64,000 nucleotides of DNA from Alphaproteobacteria bacterium (GTDB lineage: Bacteria > Pseudomonadota > Alphaproteobacteria > RF32 > CAG-239), in NCBI GenBank assembly GCA_045578445.1, contig JAZNKG010000049.1:1652-65651 (forward strand), read 5' to 3'. Numbering within the stretch: the stretch's first letter is position 1; every line of letters begins with the position of its first letter. Below the pieces are notes generated by a model, which made no database searches, was not told the DNA's origin, and saw only the letters and a list, made by a program, of their open reading frames with translations. The translations under genes were made by a program, and so were the position numbers. Positions 52,674-61,153 of this stretch are shown here, piece after piece.

Positions 52674-52727
52674 AAATATTGTAGTGTAGTAAATACTACG
52701 AAAGATAGTATTTTAAAGGAGATTGAC

Positions 52728-53351
52728 ATGGTTGAAGATGCTAATAAAAAAATAGATGAAGCAAAAGAAAGAATTAGAAAAAAACAAGAAAGACGCGCTG
52801 CTGTTAAACTTGCAGGGGTTGTAACGGGTATTATGGCTACTATCGCAACCATATCCGCTCCCAAGACAATACTTAAAAATGAATTAAACGATACCAGAGA
52901 AGAAACAACAGAATTACTTGATTTAAAAGCAAAAGAAACTCAGCACCAAACAGTACATTATGAATGTTTATGCAATAATGCTAAAGAAATTTTAGAACAT
53001 AATGGTTACTCTTTTGCTGTTCCAGAAAACACAAAAGAAGGCGTCTATAAATATGATATTCTTGATAAAAACAATGAAACAGTAGGAATAGTCAATGCCC
53101 TACATTTCGGAGAAAAACCCATTTTTACTGATTTAACTGTTTTAAAAGATTCTTCACTAATGGACCTATTAGAAAAGCAATCTGAAAACGATTTCAAAAA
53201 ACAACGTGAAGGTACAATATCATTTATACAAGGCGAACGAATAACTCAAGCTTTTAATCGACATGATCGCATAGAAAATCTACAAAGAAAAGAAAAACAT
53301 CTTAAAGAAACAATAACTGGAGTAAGAGAAATAAATATGGGAACTGATTAA
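52728..53351 (+). CDS. mosaic paralog 2: single-pass membrane protein (207 aa)
   Basis: Same RBS/ATG context as paralog 1; aa 1-53 and 136-207 are near-identical to paralog 1 and aa 54-135 are divergent. Confidence 0.65.
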   Translation: MVEDANKKIDEAKERIRKKQERRAAVKLAGVVTGIMATIATISAPKTILKNELNDTREETTELLDLKAKETQHQTVHYECLCNNAKEILEHNGYSFAVPENTKEGVYKYDILDKNNETVGIVNALHFGEKPIFTDLTVLKDSSLMDLLEKQSENDFKKQREGTISFIQGERITQAFNRHDRIENLQRKEKHLKETITGVREINMGTD

Positions 53352-53360
53352 AGTTATCTC

Positions 53361-53407
53361 ATAAAAACCTCCACCACAAGGATGAAGGTTTCTATTTTAT
53401 TGGTGAT
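53361..53407. repeat. 47-bp perfect direct repeat, copy A (tRNA-Glu 3-prime tail plus its terminator hairpin)
   Basis: ataaaaacctccaccacaaggatgaaggtttctattttattggtgat is identical to 56618-56664; the hairpin also serves as a convergent terminator for paralog 2 and the GNAT gene. Confidence 0.9.
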
Positions 53408-53421
53408 ACTTAACTCACAAT

Positions 53422-53877
53422 TTACGAGTTGATTTTTCTTTTTAGTACATAATGAGGATAATATATACCAGATGTATCATATTCTTCTTTAGAAAACACC
53501 TCAAAGCCAAATTTCTTGTATAAATGCAAAGCCACTTCATTTGTTGGTTTTACACCAATAGTCATTTCTTCTGAGTAAGTATCCAGCACATATTTTATCA
53601 ATTTACTACCAATACCCTTATTCATATACTCAGGCAACACATATAACATCTTTATAAGTTTCTTTTCTGCCCAATAACTTACATATGCAACAATTTTACC
53701 ATCTTGCTCAAAAACATATGTATCATATGTAGGATAAGAAAAAGATATTAGATTTTTATATAAAGATGACCAATCATCATCTGATAAATCATCTGTTGTT
53801 CGCAAAGACTTATCAAAAACATTAATTAAATCCGGCCAATCTTTAATCTCTGCCTTTCTAATCGTATAACTATTCAT
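53422..53877 (-). CDS. GNAT family N-acetyltransferase
   Basis: YVLPEYMNKGIGSKLIKYV motif A. The last three codons (AAC TCG TAA) lie inside the repeat arm ACTCGTAAATTGTGAGTTAAGT. Confidence 0.8.
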   Translation of the reverse strand: MNSYTIRKAEIKDWPDLINVFDKSLRTTDDLSDDDWSSLYKNLISFSYPTYDTYVFEQDGKIVAYVSYWAEKKLIKMLYVLPEYMNKGIGSKLIKYVLDTYSEEMTIGVKPTNEVALHLYKKFGFEVFSKEEYDTSGIYYPHYVLKRKINS

Positions 53878-53950
53878 AAGTAACTCCTTATAATATATTA
53901 TATTCTGATAATAAGATTTAAGATATTTACATTTTATTAAAAGTATAAAT

Positions 53951-54010
53951 AAAAAGCAGGCTTTTGACTGCCTGCCGCTTGCAATGGTAATCCCAACTCG
54001 ATTGACCTCA
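53951..54010 (-). pseudogene. tRNA-Glu 3-prime-half-like fragment followed by a terminator hairpin
   Basis: tggtaatcccaactcgattgacctca (53985-54010) matches the tRNA-Glu 3-prime end at about 21 of 26 aligned positions. The adjacent gcaggc...gcctgc hairpin block (53951-53991) matches 55233-55273 at 34 of 41 positions. Confidence 0.5.
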
Positions 54011-54074
54011 TTTCATTCGGTCGCACGGGCGCTCGTTCGCTTCGCTCACCGGCGTTCTTCCACTCGCCTCTCGC

Positions 54075-54100
54075 TTGTAGTCGAACTCTCTTTACAAGTT
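54075..54100. repeat. 26-nt repeat ttgtagtcgaactctctttacRagtt (copy 1)
   Basis: 25 of 26 positions identical to 56567-56592; contains a TTCGA T-loop-like core. Confidence 0.7.
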
Positions 54101-54127
54101 CAAATCTCTCAGACTATTCTACAAAAT

Positions 54128-54191
54128 AAAAAAGACACCTATTGGTGCCTTTTTTACTTTATTGGTGATGCTTAACTCACATTTTACGAGT
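54128..54191 (-). repeat. terminator hairpin plus ATCACCA core plus arm (att-like junction)
   Basis: agacacc tatt ggtgcct hairpin, then ttattggtgatgcttaactcacattttacgagt, which matches 53397-53429 at 31 of 33 positions. Confidence 0.6.
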
Positions 54192-54219
54192 ATTGTTTCA
54201 AATATTTGTTTGATTGTCG

Positions 54220-55029
54220 CTATCTTTCGTTTGATGGTACAATAACAGGTGTTTTAGTATTTATCATTTTCAATGTTTCTGCCGGTGACAACCATATTTG
54301 AGGTGAGGAAATTTTTGATTTAGAAGCAGATGTTTCATTCTTTTTTTCCCAATATTCTTTTTTCCTAATTTCAAGATGAATACGAGCTTGCTCTTCTTTG
54401 GTTAATGGTTTTTCAAAATCTCTTACTCTTTTACGTGATTCAGGATTTTTTTTACGTTCTTCCTCAAAAGCCTTTTCAGCTTTATTTCTTCTTACTGCTC
54501 GTTCTTCTTTTTCAAAGCGTTTTTGCCTTTGCTCTTCTTTTGATAGTGGTAAAGATTGCCCTTCTCTTCTTAGGCTTATCCTCAAATCTTTCTGAGCAGA
54601 TTGTCTTACATGAGGTATCAAATTTTCAGGAACATTTGTTCTTACAAAAGAATAATGTTCTTTATTAGGATATACAAAACCATGTTCCTTATCGGTAGTA
54701 ATGATATTATGTGGTGGATCGTCATCAATGACTTTTCCTGTTACTAATGTGTAAAATTCTTCAGAATAAGCATCCGCTCTAAAATAAGATTTATTTATTA
54801 AATGAAATTTTTCAGTATCAATTCCAACTTGTTTCAACAAACTTATAGAAGGAAATGATGAATATATATAAATATTTTCTCCATTTTGCTGAGCTTCTAA
54901 CATTGCCTCATAGAGAACCTCATTTAACTCACCTTTATTATTAATAAGAGTTCCCTGAACATCGACTAGATGTCCATCTAACACCTTTATAGGCATACTT
55001 TCATCCTCTATATTTTGATAACTATTCAT
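54220..55029 (-). CDS. hypothetical protein: degenerate HAD-like N-terminal domain plus Lys/Glu/Arg-rich tail (269 aa)
   Basis: LVDVQGTL resembles HAD motif I with the second Asp replaced; VIDDDP may be motif IV; C-terminal 110 aa are highly charged. Confidence 0.55.
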   Translation of the reverse strand: MNSYQNIEDESMPIKVLDGHLVDVQGTLINNKGELNEVLYEAMLEAQQNGENIYIYSSFPSISLLKQVGIDTEKFHLINKSYFRADAYSEEFYTLVTGKVIDDDPPHNIITTDKEHGFVYPNKEHYSFVRTNVPENLIPHVRQSAQKDLRISLRREGQSLPLSKEEQRQKRFEKEERAVRRNKAEKAFEEERKKNPESRKRVRDFEKPLTKEEQARIHLEIRKKEYWEKKNETSASKSKISSPQIWLSPAETLKMINTKTPVIVPSNER

Positions 55030-55199
55030 ATAAACTCCTTAAAAAGCAACTACAAAGCAATATATCACAAAATAAGGGATAAAGCAATACAAAAATCACA
55101 TCGTTAGACAAAACTATATAATAAGTTATTGAAAAATAAAGATAGTTGATGTATTACGTTCGTGAAAATTACAAAAACAGCTATTTTTGAAAAACAAAC

Positions 55200-55273
55200 A
55201 TTCGAACTCGCTGAAAGGCTTGGAAACAAAAGAAAAAGCAGGCATTTCTCTGCCTGCTGTTTGCATTGGTGAT
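55200..55273 (-). repeat. tRNA-Glu-derived fragments (T-loop 11-mer, hairpin, ATCACCA core)
   Basis: attcgaactcg (55200-55210) equals tRNA positions 56674-56684. aaaaagcaggca...tgcctgctgtttgcattggtgat (55233-55273) is paralogous to 53951-53991. Confidence 0.5.
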
Positions 55274-55301
55274 GCGATACTATCATTTTGATTGCCAAAA
55301 T

Positions 55302-56411
55302 CTATTTTTCATCCATACCTCCTGCTAATTTTTTTAATACAGGATTATCTTTTAATGTTTTATGTATATCAGAATCATCTCGTGTTGTGAATACTAATGA
55401 ACTACCCTTTTTAGTATCTATACCAGCTTCCGATAATCTCTGACCTTCAATATTTTTTTTCATTTCAGCCAATTTCATAGAAACATCTATAGTTTTTCTT
55501 AGTTGACTAAAACTCATATAATTTACATCTACACCTTTTTCAATCGGAACTGTTATACCCAATTCTTGTAAAGCCATTTTTTTTCTAGCTCTACCACATG
55601 AAAGTTCATGATCTAAATATTCCAATTCTTGCTCTGAAAACTGTTTAATTTTTTCTATGGCTTTATCTAGTTGTTCCTTATACTTTTTTAATACATCTTC
55701 ATCTGTTCCTAATCTTATAACATCCTCAAAATCAATTTTGTATCTACGAGACAATTCTCCACATTGATTCGCATATTCTTTTCTTGTATCTTCCTGTATC
55801 TCACAAACATTATAAAAGCCTAATTGTGGAGAAATTTCTCTCTTTGTATAAACAATATATCCTTTACCTTGTTCATCACGAACAGGATAACAAGTTCCTT
55901 TTTTGCGACGAAACTGTTCCCCATTAAATTCAAAACGACCAACTTGCTTAAGAACTTGCCTTGTTACTTTTTCATCTGCTATAATATGATCTTTAATCCA
56001 ACAGTCTTCTTCGTACTTTTCTCCACCTTTTTCCCCATATAGAAAGTAGTATTTTACCTCTTCATTACAATCAGGTAAATATTGTTCAAATAGATCACTT
56101 AGAATCTGTAATGGTGGGGCACTTAAAGTTCTTGGATGTGTAATTTCTACAGCATCTCTTTGACCTAAATGAAAATGTCCACCAACACCTGTAAACTCCG
56201 ATGATCGCCAAAACATTGGCTTATATTTTTCAGCAATATCAGGATGTTTTTGTAAAAACTCATCTTTAATCTTATAAGTATAATCACACCATTCAGTCCA
56301 TGCTGAATATGAATGTGACGAATTTGCCGGTATACTGTTATCATAATTACCACTTGTTACTTCAATAGCATCACGTAACTCTAATGCTAACAAAATATCA
56401 TCTTCCTTCAT
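55302..56411 (-). CDS. hypothetical protein (369 aa)
   Basis: Intact ORF with a GGGAGAAAAGAG RBS region; no motif recognised. Confidence 0.6.
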   Translation of the reverse strand: MKEDDILLALELRDAIEVTSGNYDNSIPANSSHSYSAWTEWCDYTYKIKDEFLQKHPDIAEKYKPMFWRSSEFTGVGGHFHLGQRDAVEITHPRTLSAPPLQILSDLFEQYLPDCNEEVKYYFLYGEKGGEKYEEDCWIKDHIIADEKVTRQVLKQVGRFEFNGEQFRRKKGTCYPVRDEQGKGYIVYTKREISPQLGFYNVCEIQEDTRKEYANQCGELSRRYKIDFEDVIRLGTDEDVLKKYKEQLDKAIEKIKQFSEQELEYLDHELSCGRARKKMALQELGITVPIEKGVDVNYMSFSQLRKTIDVSMKLAEMKKNIEGQRLSEAGIDTKKGSSLVFTTRDDSDIHKTLKDNPVLKKLAGGMDEK

Positions 56412-56466
56412 CTCTTTTCTCCCTATTTAAATTCTACATCAATAAAGAATCGCATTCTTTACTTCT

Positions 56467-56493
56467 ATTTTACCCCCCCCGATTTTTTGTCAA
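56467..56493 (-). promoter_or_regulatory. promoter-like element with a G8 (plus-strand C8) tract in the spacer
   Basis: The minus strand reads TTGACA (56493-56488), AAAAATC GGGGGGGG, TAAAAT (56472-56467); the spacer is 15 nt in this assembly. Confidence 0.4.
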
Positions 56494-56566
56494 GTTTTTT
56501 CCAAAAATTTTTTTAATTTATATTAAGCTAACTCGCTCTGCTAACTGGCGCCCTCATTACATCTGT

Positions 56567-56592
56567 TTGTAGTCGAACTCTCTTTACGAGTT
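56567..56592. repeat. 26-nt repeat ttgtagtcgaactctctttacRagtt (copy 2)
   Basis: 25 of 26 positions identical to 54075-54100. Confidence 0.7.
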
Positions 56593-56617
56593 CTAACCTC
56601 ATCTGAATACAGATAAA

Positions 56618-56664
56618 ATAAAAACCTCCACCACAAGGATGAAGGTTTCTATTTTATTGGTGAT
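56618..56664. repeat. 47-bp perfect direct repeat, copy B (overlaps the last 7 nt of tRNA-Glu)
   Basis: Identical to 53361-53407; 56658-56664 is the complement of ATCACCA, the tRNA 3-prime end. Confidence 0.9.
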
Positions 56665-56733
56665 CCCAACGAGATTCGAACTCGTGTTGCAGCCTTGAGA
56701 GGGCCACGTCCTAGGCCTCTAGACGATGGGACC
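56658..56733 (-). tRNA. tRNA-Glu (anticodon CUC), CCA encoded
   Basis: The minus strand GGTCCCATCGTCTAGAGGCCTAGGACGTGGCCCTCTCAAGGCTGCAACACGAGTTCGAATCTCGTTGGGATCACCA folds as a cloverleaf. The D-arm GTCTAGAGGCCTAGGAC is typical of tRNA-Glu, the anticodon loop is CTCTCAA and the T-loop is TTCGAAT. Confidence 0.93.
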
Positions 56734-56802
56734 AATATTTAAAGACTAATCTTAAATAAAACAAATATTTTTATATTGCAAGTATTTTCTTTTTATCTTT
56801 TA

Positions 56803-56840
56803 TCTAAAAAATTAGGCGGTAGCCATATAACTACCGCCAA
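56803..56840 (-). terminator. Rho-independent terminator of the efflux operon
   Basis: ggcggtag ccatataa ctaccgcc with an A-run on the plus strand (T-run on minus). Confidence 0.65.
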
Positions 56841-56844
56841 ATCA

Positions 56845-59800
56845 CTATTTTTTCTTTGTAAATTTATCAACCATTGTCTGTATCATAATATACAACAATG
56901 GAATAATGATAAGACCGGCAATTGTACCAATAAGCATACCATAAAATACTGGCACACCCACAGCAATACGAGAACCAGCACATGCACCTGTTGCCCAAAC
57001 CATCGGAGCCACACCAAGAACGAATGTTAATGCAGTCATTAAAACCGCTCTAAAACGTTCTCTTAATCCTGTAACTGCAGAATCAAGAATAGATGCACCA
57101 TGTTCATGTTCTTCTTTTGCAAATTCTACAATCAAAATAGCATTTTTAGCAGACAATCCCACCAACAACACCAATCCTAATTGTGCATATATACTCAAAG
57201 GAAGACCAGAAATATACATACCAGCAAAAGCACCTAACATAGCTGTTAATGTAGAAAGAATAACCGACATTGGAATTGTCCAACTTTCGTATTGTGCAAC
57301 CAAGAATAAATATGCAAACAAAATAGCCAACACTATCAAAATACCGATTTGACCTTGGTTACGTCTTTCTTGCAAGCTCATACCTGACCACTCATAAGCA
57401 TATTTATTAGACAATACTTCATCAGCTAATTTTTCAACTGCTTCCATAGCCTCACCAGAACTTGAGTTTTCTGCAGCCATAATGTTAATTGTTGCAGCCG
57501 GATACTGGTTATATCTATCTACCGCACGAGGAAGTGTTACGCGTTTAATTTCAATCAAACTACCCATTGGCACCATTTGACCTGAAGCGCTTTGAACATA
57601 TAAATCTTTAATGCTTTGTAGATTCTTACGATATTTCCAATCCGCCATAACCATAACTTTATTAGCTTGAGTACCAATATTTACGTCATTTACATACATA
57701 GAACCCAAATATGTTTGTAATGTAGAATAAATATTACCGATAGACACGCCCAAAAGCTCTGCTTTTTCACGATTTATATCCAAATATGCGTGAGGAGTTT
57801 GAGATGTAAATGTAGAATATGCCACCATAACTTCAGGTAATTGATTAAGCTTAACTAAAAACTCATTTAAGTTCTTTTGAAGCTCATTCATATCTGTACT
57901 TTCAATAGACTGCAAGCGCATATCCATACTATTGTTACTACCAAGACCTGGAATAGCAGGCATTTCAAATAGCATAATGTTTGCTTCAGGAATTCCTGAC
58001 AATACAGATGTCAAACGAGTACGAATATTAGTAGATAAATCTATAATATCTTTTCTATCTGCCCATGGTTTCAACGCAATAACATTAAATCCTACGTTTT
58101 CACCTTGACCAGCCAAAATACTAAATCCGCGCAAATTCATTACAGAGCGAACACCTTTTTCACTCTTGAAAACATCTCTTGTTTTATCAATAACATCTAA
58201 TGTTCTTTTACCTGCGCTACCTTCTGGCAATTGAATGTTTGCCATAATAACACCTTGGTCTTCATCTGGTAAGAAAGAAGATTTAATATCAGATACACAG
58301 AATAAATTCAATGCAATCAAACCAAATGCAATGATAACAATAATCAACATCTTACGACCAAGCCAAGAAAGAAATTTTACATACTTATTTTTAGAGTAGT
58401 TAATAAGTTGCTCAAATCTAAACAAAAACCCTGATGTTCTTGGTTTAATAGGACGTAACAATGTAGCACTTAATGCAGGACTTAATGTCAAAGCATTAAC
58501 ACCAGAGAACAACACCGCAAAAGAAATAGCAATCGCAAATTGTTGATAAATTCTACCTGTTACACCACCCATAAAAGCAATAGGCACAAAAATTGCTAAC
58601 AACACCAAAGTAGTTGCCACAATCGCAGAAGAAACTTGTTCCATCGCTTTAATAGAAGCTTGTTTTTGGGTTAACCCCTCAGACTCCATCAAATAAAGCA
58701 CACGTTCCACCACGATAATAGCATCATCCACCACCAAACCAATAGCCAAAATTAAACCAAATAATGTTAAAATATTTAAGTTATAACCCAAAGCCAACAT
58801 CACTGCAAATGTTGCTAAAATAGACACTGGAATAGCAATAGATGGAATAAGTGTAGCTCTCCAATCTTGTAAAAAGATATAACAAACTAATACCACCAAA
58901 ATAAAGGTCAAAACTAAAGTAAATACAACTTCTTCAATAGATACCTTAATAAAATCGGTAGCATCAAAGAAAACTCTTACTTCAAAATCTTCTGGATAAT
59001 ACTTTTCCAAACGCTTCAATTCTTTTTTAACAGCATCCATTGCCTTTAAAGCATTCGCACCAGAAAGTTTGTTAACCATAATAGCAACGTTTGGTTGTCC
59101 ATCCACGTCAGATTTTAATAAATAGTTTTCAGGACCAACTTCTACTTTGGCAATATCTTTTAATCTAACTAAACCACCCTCTTCTTCTGTTCTAACAATA
59201 ATATTTTCAAAGTCTTTTGCTTCATTCAAACGACCTTTTGTCTCTAAAGAAAATACTATCTGACTTGTTCCATCATTTGGCTCAGCACCAACAGAACCCA
59301 AAGAAGGTTGATAGTTTTGGCTAGAAATTGCAGCTCTAACTGCGCTAATTGGTAAATTAAGAGCAGTCATCTTATCTGCATCTAACCAAACACGCATACT
59401 CAAATCTGAACCCATAACGTTAGCATCACCAACACCATATTGACGACCCAAGTTATTTTTAATATTGTTTGTTACATAGTTATTCAAAAAGTTTGTATCA
59501 TGCGTACCATTTGGTGAAATAGCCTGTAAAAAGCCCAAAATTTCTGAAGAACGACGCACAACATTAACGCCTCTTGCTTGCACTTCATCAGGCAAAGAGT
59601 TAATAGCTTTTTGCACACGGTTTTGAACCTTTACTTGCGCCAAGTCAGGGTCTGTACCAATTTCAAAACTAATATCAAGTTGATAACGACCTGAGTTATA
59701 TGAAGAAGAGTTCATATACATCATATTATCAACACCATTAATTTCTTTTTCAATAGGTACCGCAACCGTATTAGCCACAGTTTCCGCACTTGCACCAGTG

Positions 59801-59949
59801 TAGTCAGCAAAAACAGTAACTTGAGGAGGTGTAATCTCTGGATACATTGCAATTGGTAAAGAAAAAATAGCAATAACACCAGCCAAGCTCATTATAATAG
59901 CAATTACAACCGCAAAACGAGGTCTTTCAATAAAAAACTTAGAAAACAT
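56845..59949 (-). CDS. RND multidrug efflux transporter, AcrB/HAE1 type
   Basis: [19 protein letters not shown]-terminus, 1034 aa, 12-TM layout with two large periplasmic loops. Confidence 0.95.
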   Translation of the reverse strand: MFSKFFIERPRFAVVIAIIMSLAGVIAIFSLPIAMYPEITPPQVTVFADYTGASAETVANTVAVPIEKEINGVDNMMYMNSSSYNSGRYQLDISFEIGTDPDLAQVKVQNRVQKAINSLPDEVQARGVNVVRRSSEILGFLQAISPNGTHDTNFLNNYVTNNIKNNLGRQYGVGDANVMGSDLSMRVWLDADKMTALNLPISAVRAAISSQNYQPSLGSVGAEPNDGTSQIVFSLETKGRLNEAKDFENIIVRTEEEGGLVRLKDIAKVEVGPENYLLKSDVDGQPNVAIMVNKLSGANALKAMDAVKKELKRLEKYYPEDFEVRVFFDATDFIKVSIEEVVFTLVLTFILVVLVCYIFLQDWRATLIPSIAIPVSILATFAVMLALGYNLNILTLFGLILAIGLVVDDAIIVVERVLYLMESEGLTQKQASIKAMEQVSSAIVATTLVLLAIFVPIAFMGGVTGRIYQQFAIAISFAVLFSGVNALTLSPALSATLLRPIKPRTSGFLFRFEQLINYSKNKYVKFLSWLGRKMLIIVIIAFGLIALNLFCVSDIKSSFLPDEDQGVIMANIQLPEGSAGKRTLDVIDKTRDVFKSEKGVRSVMNLRGFSILAGQGENVGFNVIALKPWADRKDIIDLSTNIRTRLTSVLSGIPEANIMLFEMPAIPGLGSNNSMDMRLQSIESTDMNELQKNLNEFLVKLNQLPEVMVAYSTFTSQTPHAYLDINREKAELLGVSIGNIYSTLQTYLGSMYVNDVNIGTQANKVMVMADWKYRKNLQSIKDLYVQSASGQMVPMGSLIEIKRVTLPRAVDRYNQYPAATINIMAAENSSSGEAMEAVEKLADEVLSNKYAYEWSGMSLQERRNQGQIGILIVLAILFAYLFLVAQYESWTIPMSVILSTLTAMLGAFAGMYISGLPLSIYAQLGLVLLVGLSAKNAILIVEFAKEEHEHGASILDSAVTGLRERFRAVLMTALTFVLGVAPMVWATGACAGSRIAVGVPVFYGMLIGTIAGLIIIPLLYIMIQTMVDKFTKKK

Positions 59950-59966
59950 AATATCCCCCTAAAGTA

Positions 59967-61136
59967 TTATTTACTCTCAACAACTTTAACAGTTGCACCT
60001 GGGCGCATCATTCTATTTTGAGTGCCATCAACAACAACTTTATCACCAACATTTAAGCCTTTTAGGATAACTTGATTTCCTGCAAAAGCCTCTCCTAATT
60101 CAACTTCTCTCAAAGATACCGTATTATCATCAGCAATCACATAAACATTAGATTTTTCAGCGCCCTGAACAACAGCTTTTTCAGGAATAATGATTCTTGT
60201 TTTAGGTTTAGATGTTGTTACAAACATCTTAACATATGCACCTGGCTTCAAAAGTCCTTTTTCATTTTTAATATCAGCATACACAGCAACAGTTGCAGTA
60301 TCAGAATTAACCTCATTACTAGCAAAAACTTTATCCATTTTTTGCTTATATATTTCGCCACTAGCAAGCTCAATATTTACTTCAAAATCATTCAAATTTT
60401 GCTCACCCATTGCTTTCATTTCCAAATATTCTTTATCTGTAATAGAAAAAGCAATTCTAATTGGATCAACTTGAACAACTCTCGCCAAAGGTTCACCAGA
60501 AGCATTTATATAATTACCAACTGTAGCCTTTGTCTTACCAATATATCCATCAATATACGCTTTAACTTCTGTATTGTCTAAATCTAACTCTGCTAATTGT
60601 AAATTTGCTTCACTCTGAGCAACAGATGCTTTTGCTTGTAAATATGCACTTTCTGCACTATCAAAAGTAGCTTTTGATGCAATATTTTTTGAACTTAATT
60701 GTTTTTGTCTCTTAAAATCACGTTCAGTCTTGGTAAGATTCGCTTTTGCACTCTCTAGTTGTGCTTTAGCTAGGTTATATTTTGCCTTATAACGGTCTTT
60801 ATCAATAACAAATAAAGGTTCGTCTTTCTTTACAAAATTACCTTCTATAAAATTAACTTTATCAAGAGTACCACTAACCTTAGCCACTACATCAACACTA
60901 TTTATTGCTTGTACTAAAGCCACATAATTTTTAGGATTATTTACAACTTTTTCTTCTGCAACATACGCAGTCACATTAACAGCTGGCATTTGCATTTCCT
61001 GTTTATCTTTACCATAAAATTGACAACCAGCAACTAATCCAATAAAAGCAACTGCGCCAATAAATAAGTACTTTTTATTAAATTCAAACTTATCATTAAC
61101 TTTTTTTACAGCATCTAAAACAACATCTTTTTTCAT
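59967..61136 (-). CDS. RND efflux periplasmic adaptor (membrane fusion protein, AcrA-like)
   Basis: N-terminal anchor, coiled-coil hairpin region (AKAQLESAKANL...), beta-barrel C-terminal part; directly upstream of the RND pump. Confidence 0.9.
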   Translation of the reverse strand: MKKDVVLDAVKKVNDKFEFNKKYLFIGAVAFIGLVAGCQFYGKDKQEMQMPAVNVTAYVAEEKVVNNPKNYVALVQAINSVDVVAKVSGTLDKVNFIEGNFVKKDEPLFVIDKDRYKAKYNLAKAQLESAKANLTKTERDFKRQKQLSSKNIASKATFDSAESAYLQAKASVAQSEANLQLAELDLDNTEVKAYIDGYIGKTKATVGNYINASGEPLARVVQVDPIRIAFSITDKEYLEMKAMGEQNLNDFEVNIELASGEIYKQKMDKVFASNEVNSDTATVAVYADIKNEKGLLKPGAYVKMFVTTSKPKTRIIIPEKAVVQGAEKSNVYVIADDNTVSLREVELGEAFAGNQVILKGLNVGDKVVVDGTQNRMMRPGATVKVVESK

Positions 61137-61153
61137 TGTAATATAAACCTCTC

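Larger units (their letters stand above)
51782..53360 (+). repeat. tandem duplication of about 820 bp (terminator hairpin, promoter, 5-prime UTR and gene), two units
   Basis: Unit 1 is 51782-52601 and unit 2 is 52602-53360. The first 290 nt or so and the last 230 nt or so of the units are near-identical; the central 250 nt or so are strongly diverged. Confidence 0.85.
53408..56617 (-). mobile_element. putative decayed integrative islet(s) at the tRNA-Glu 3-prime end (three single-gene modules, no recombinase)
   Basis: Bounded by the 47-bp direct repeat; internal copies of the ATCACCA core with related arms at 53985, 54161 and 55265; all genes are co-oriented with the tRNA. Confidence 0.45.

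Noticed and set aside
53951-54120. tmRNA (ssrA), including the permuted two-piece alphaproteobacterial form
   Set aside because: The 3-prime end GTTGGGATTACCA resembles tRNA-Glu rather than a tRNA-Ala-like acceptor. There is no G3-U70 pair possibility and no GGTTCGAnTCC T-loop. No tag reading frame ends in hydrophobic-Ala-Ala before a stop.
53984-54175. 63-aa plus-strand ORF over the GC-rich stretch
   Set aside because: It has no RBS, an Arg/Ser/Leu-rich translation, and covers tRNA-like and hairpin repeats. It is treated as non-coding.
55104-55298. 64-aa minus-strand ORF in the intergenic region between the two cassette genes
   Set aside because: It spans the hairpin and tRNA-fragment repeats, has no RBS and gives an odd composition.
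53361-56664. Integron-type gene cassette array (attC sites)
   Set aside because: There is no intI in the window. Each module has its own terminator and apparently its own promoter, with long spacers. The repeats derive from the tRNA tail rather than having the R/L box architecture of attC.
56776-57030. 84-aa plus-strand ORF overlapping the 3-prime end of the RND pump gene
   Set aside because: It is antisense to the pump and crosses its terminator, with a His/Thr/Cys/Asn-rich translation.
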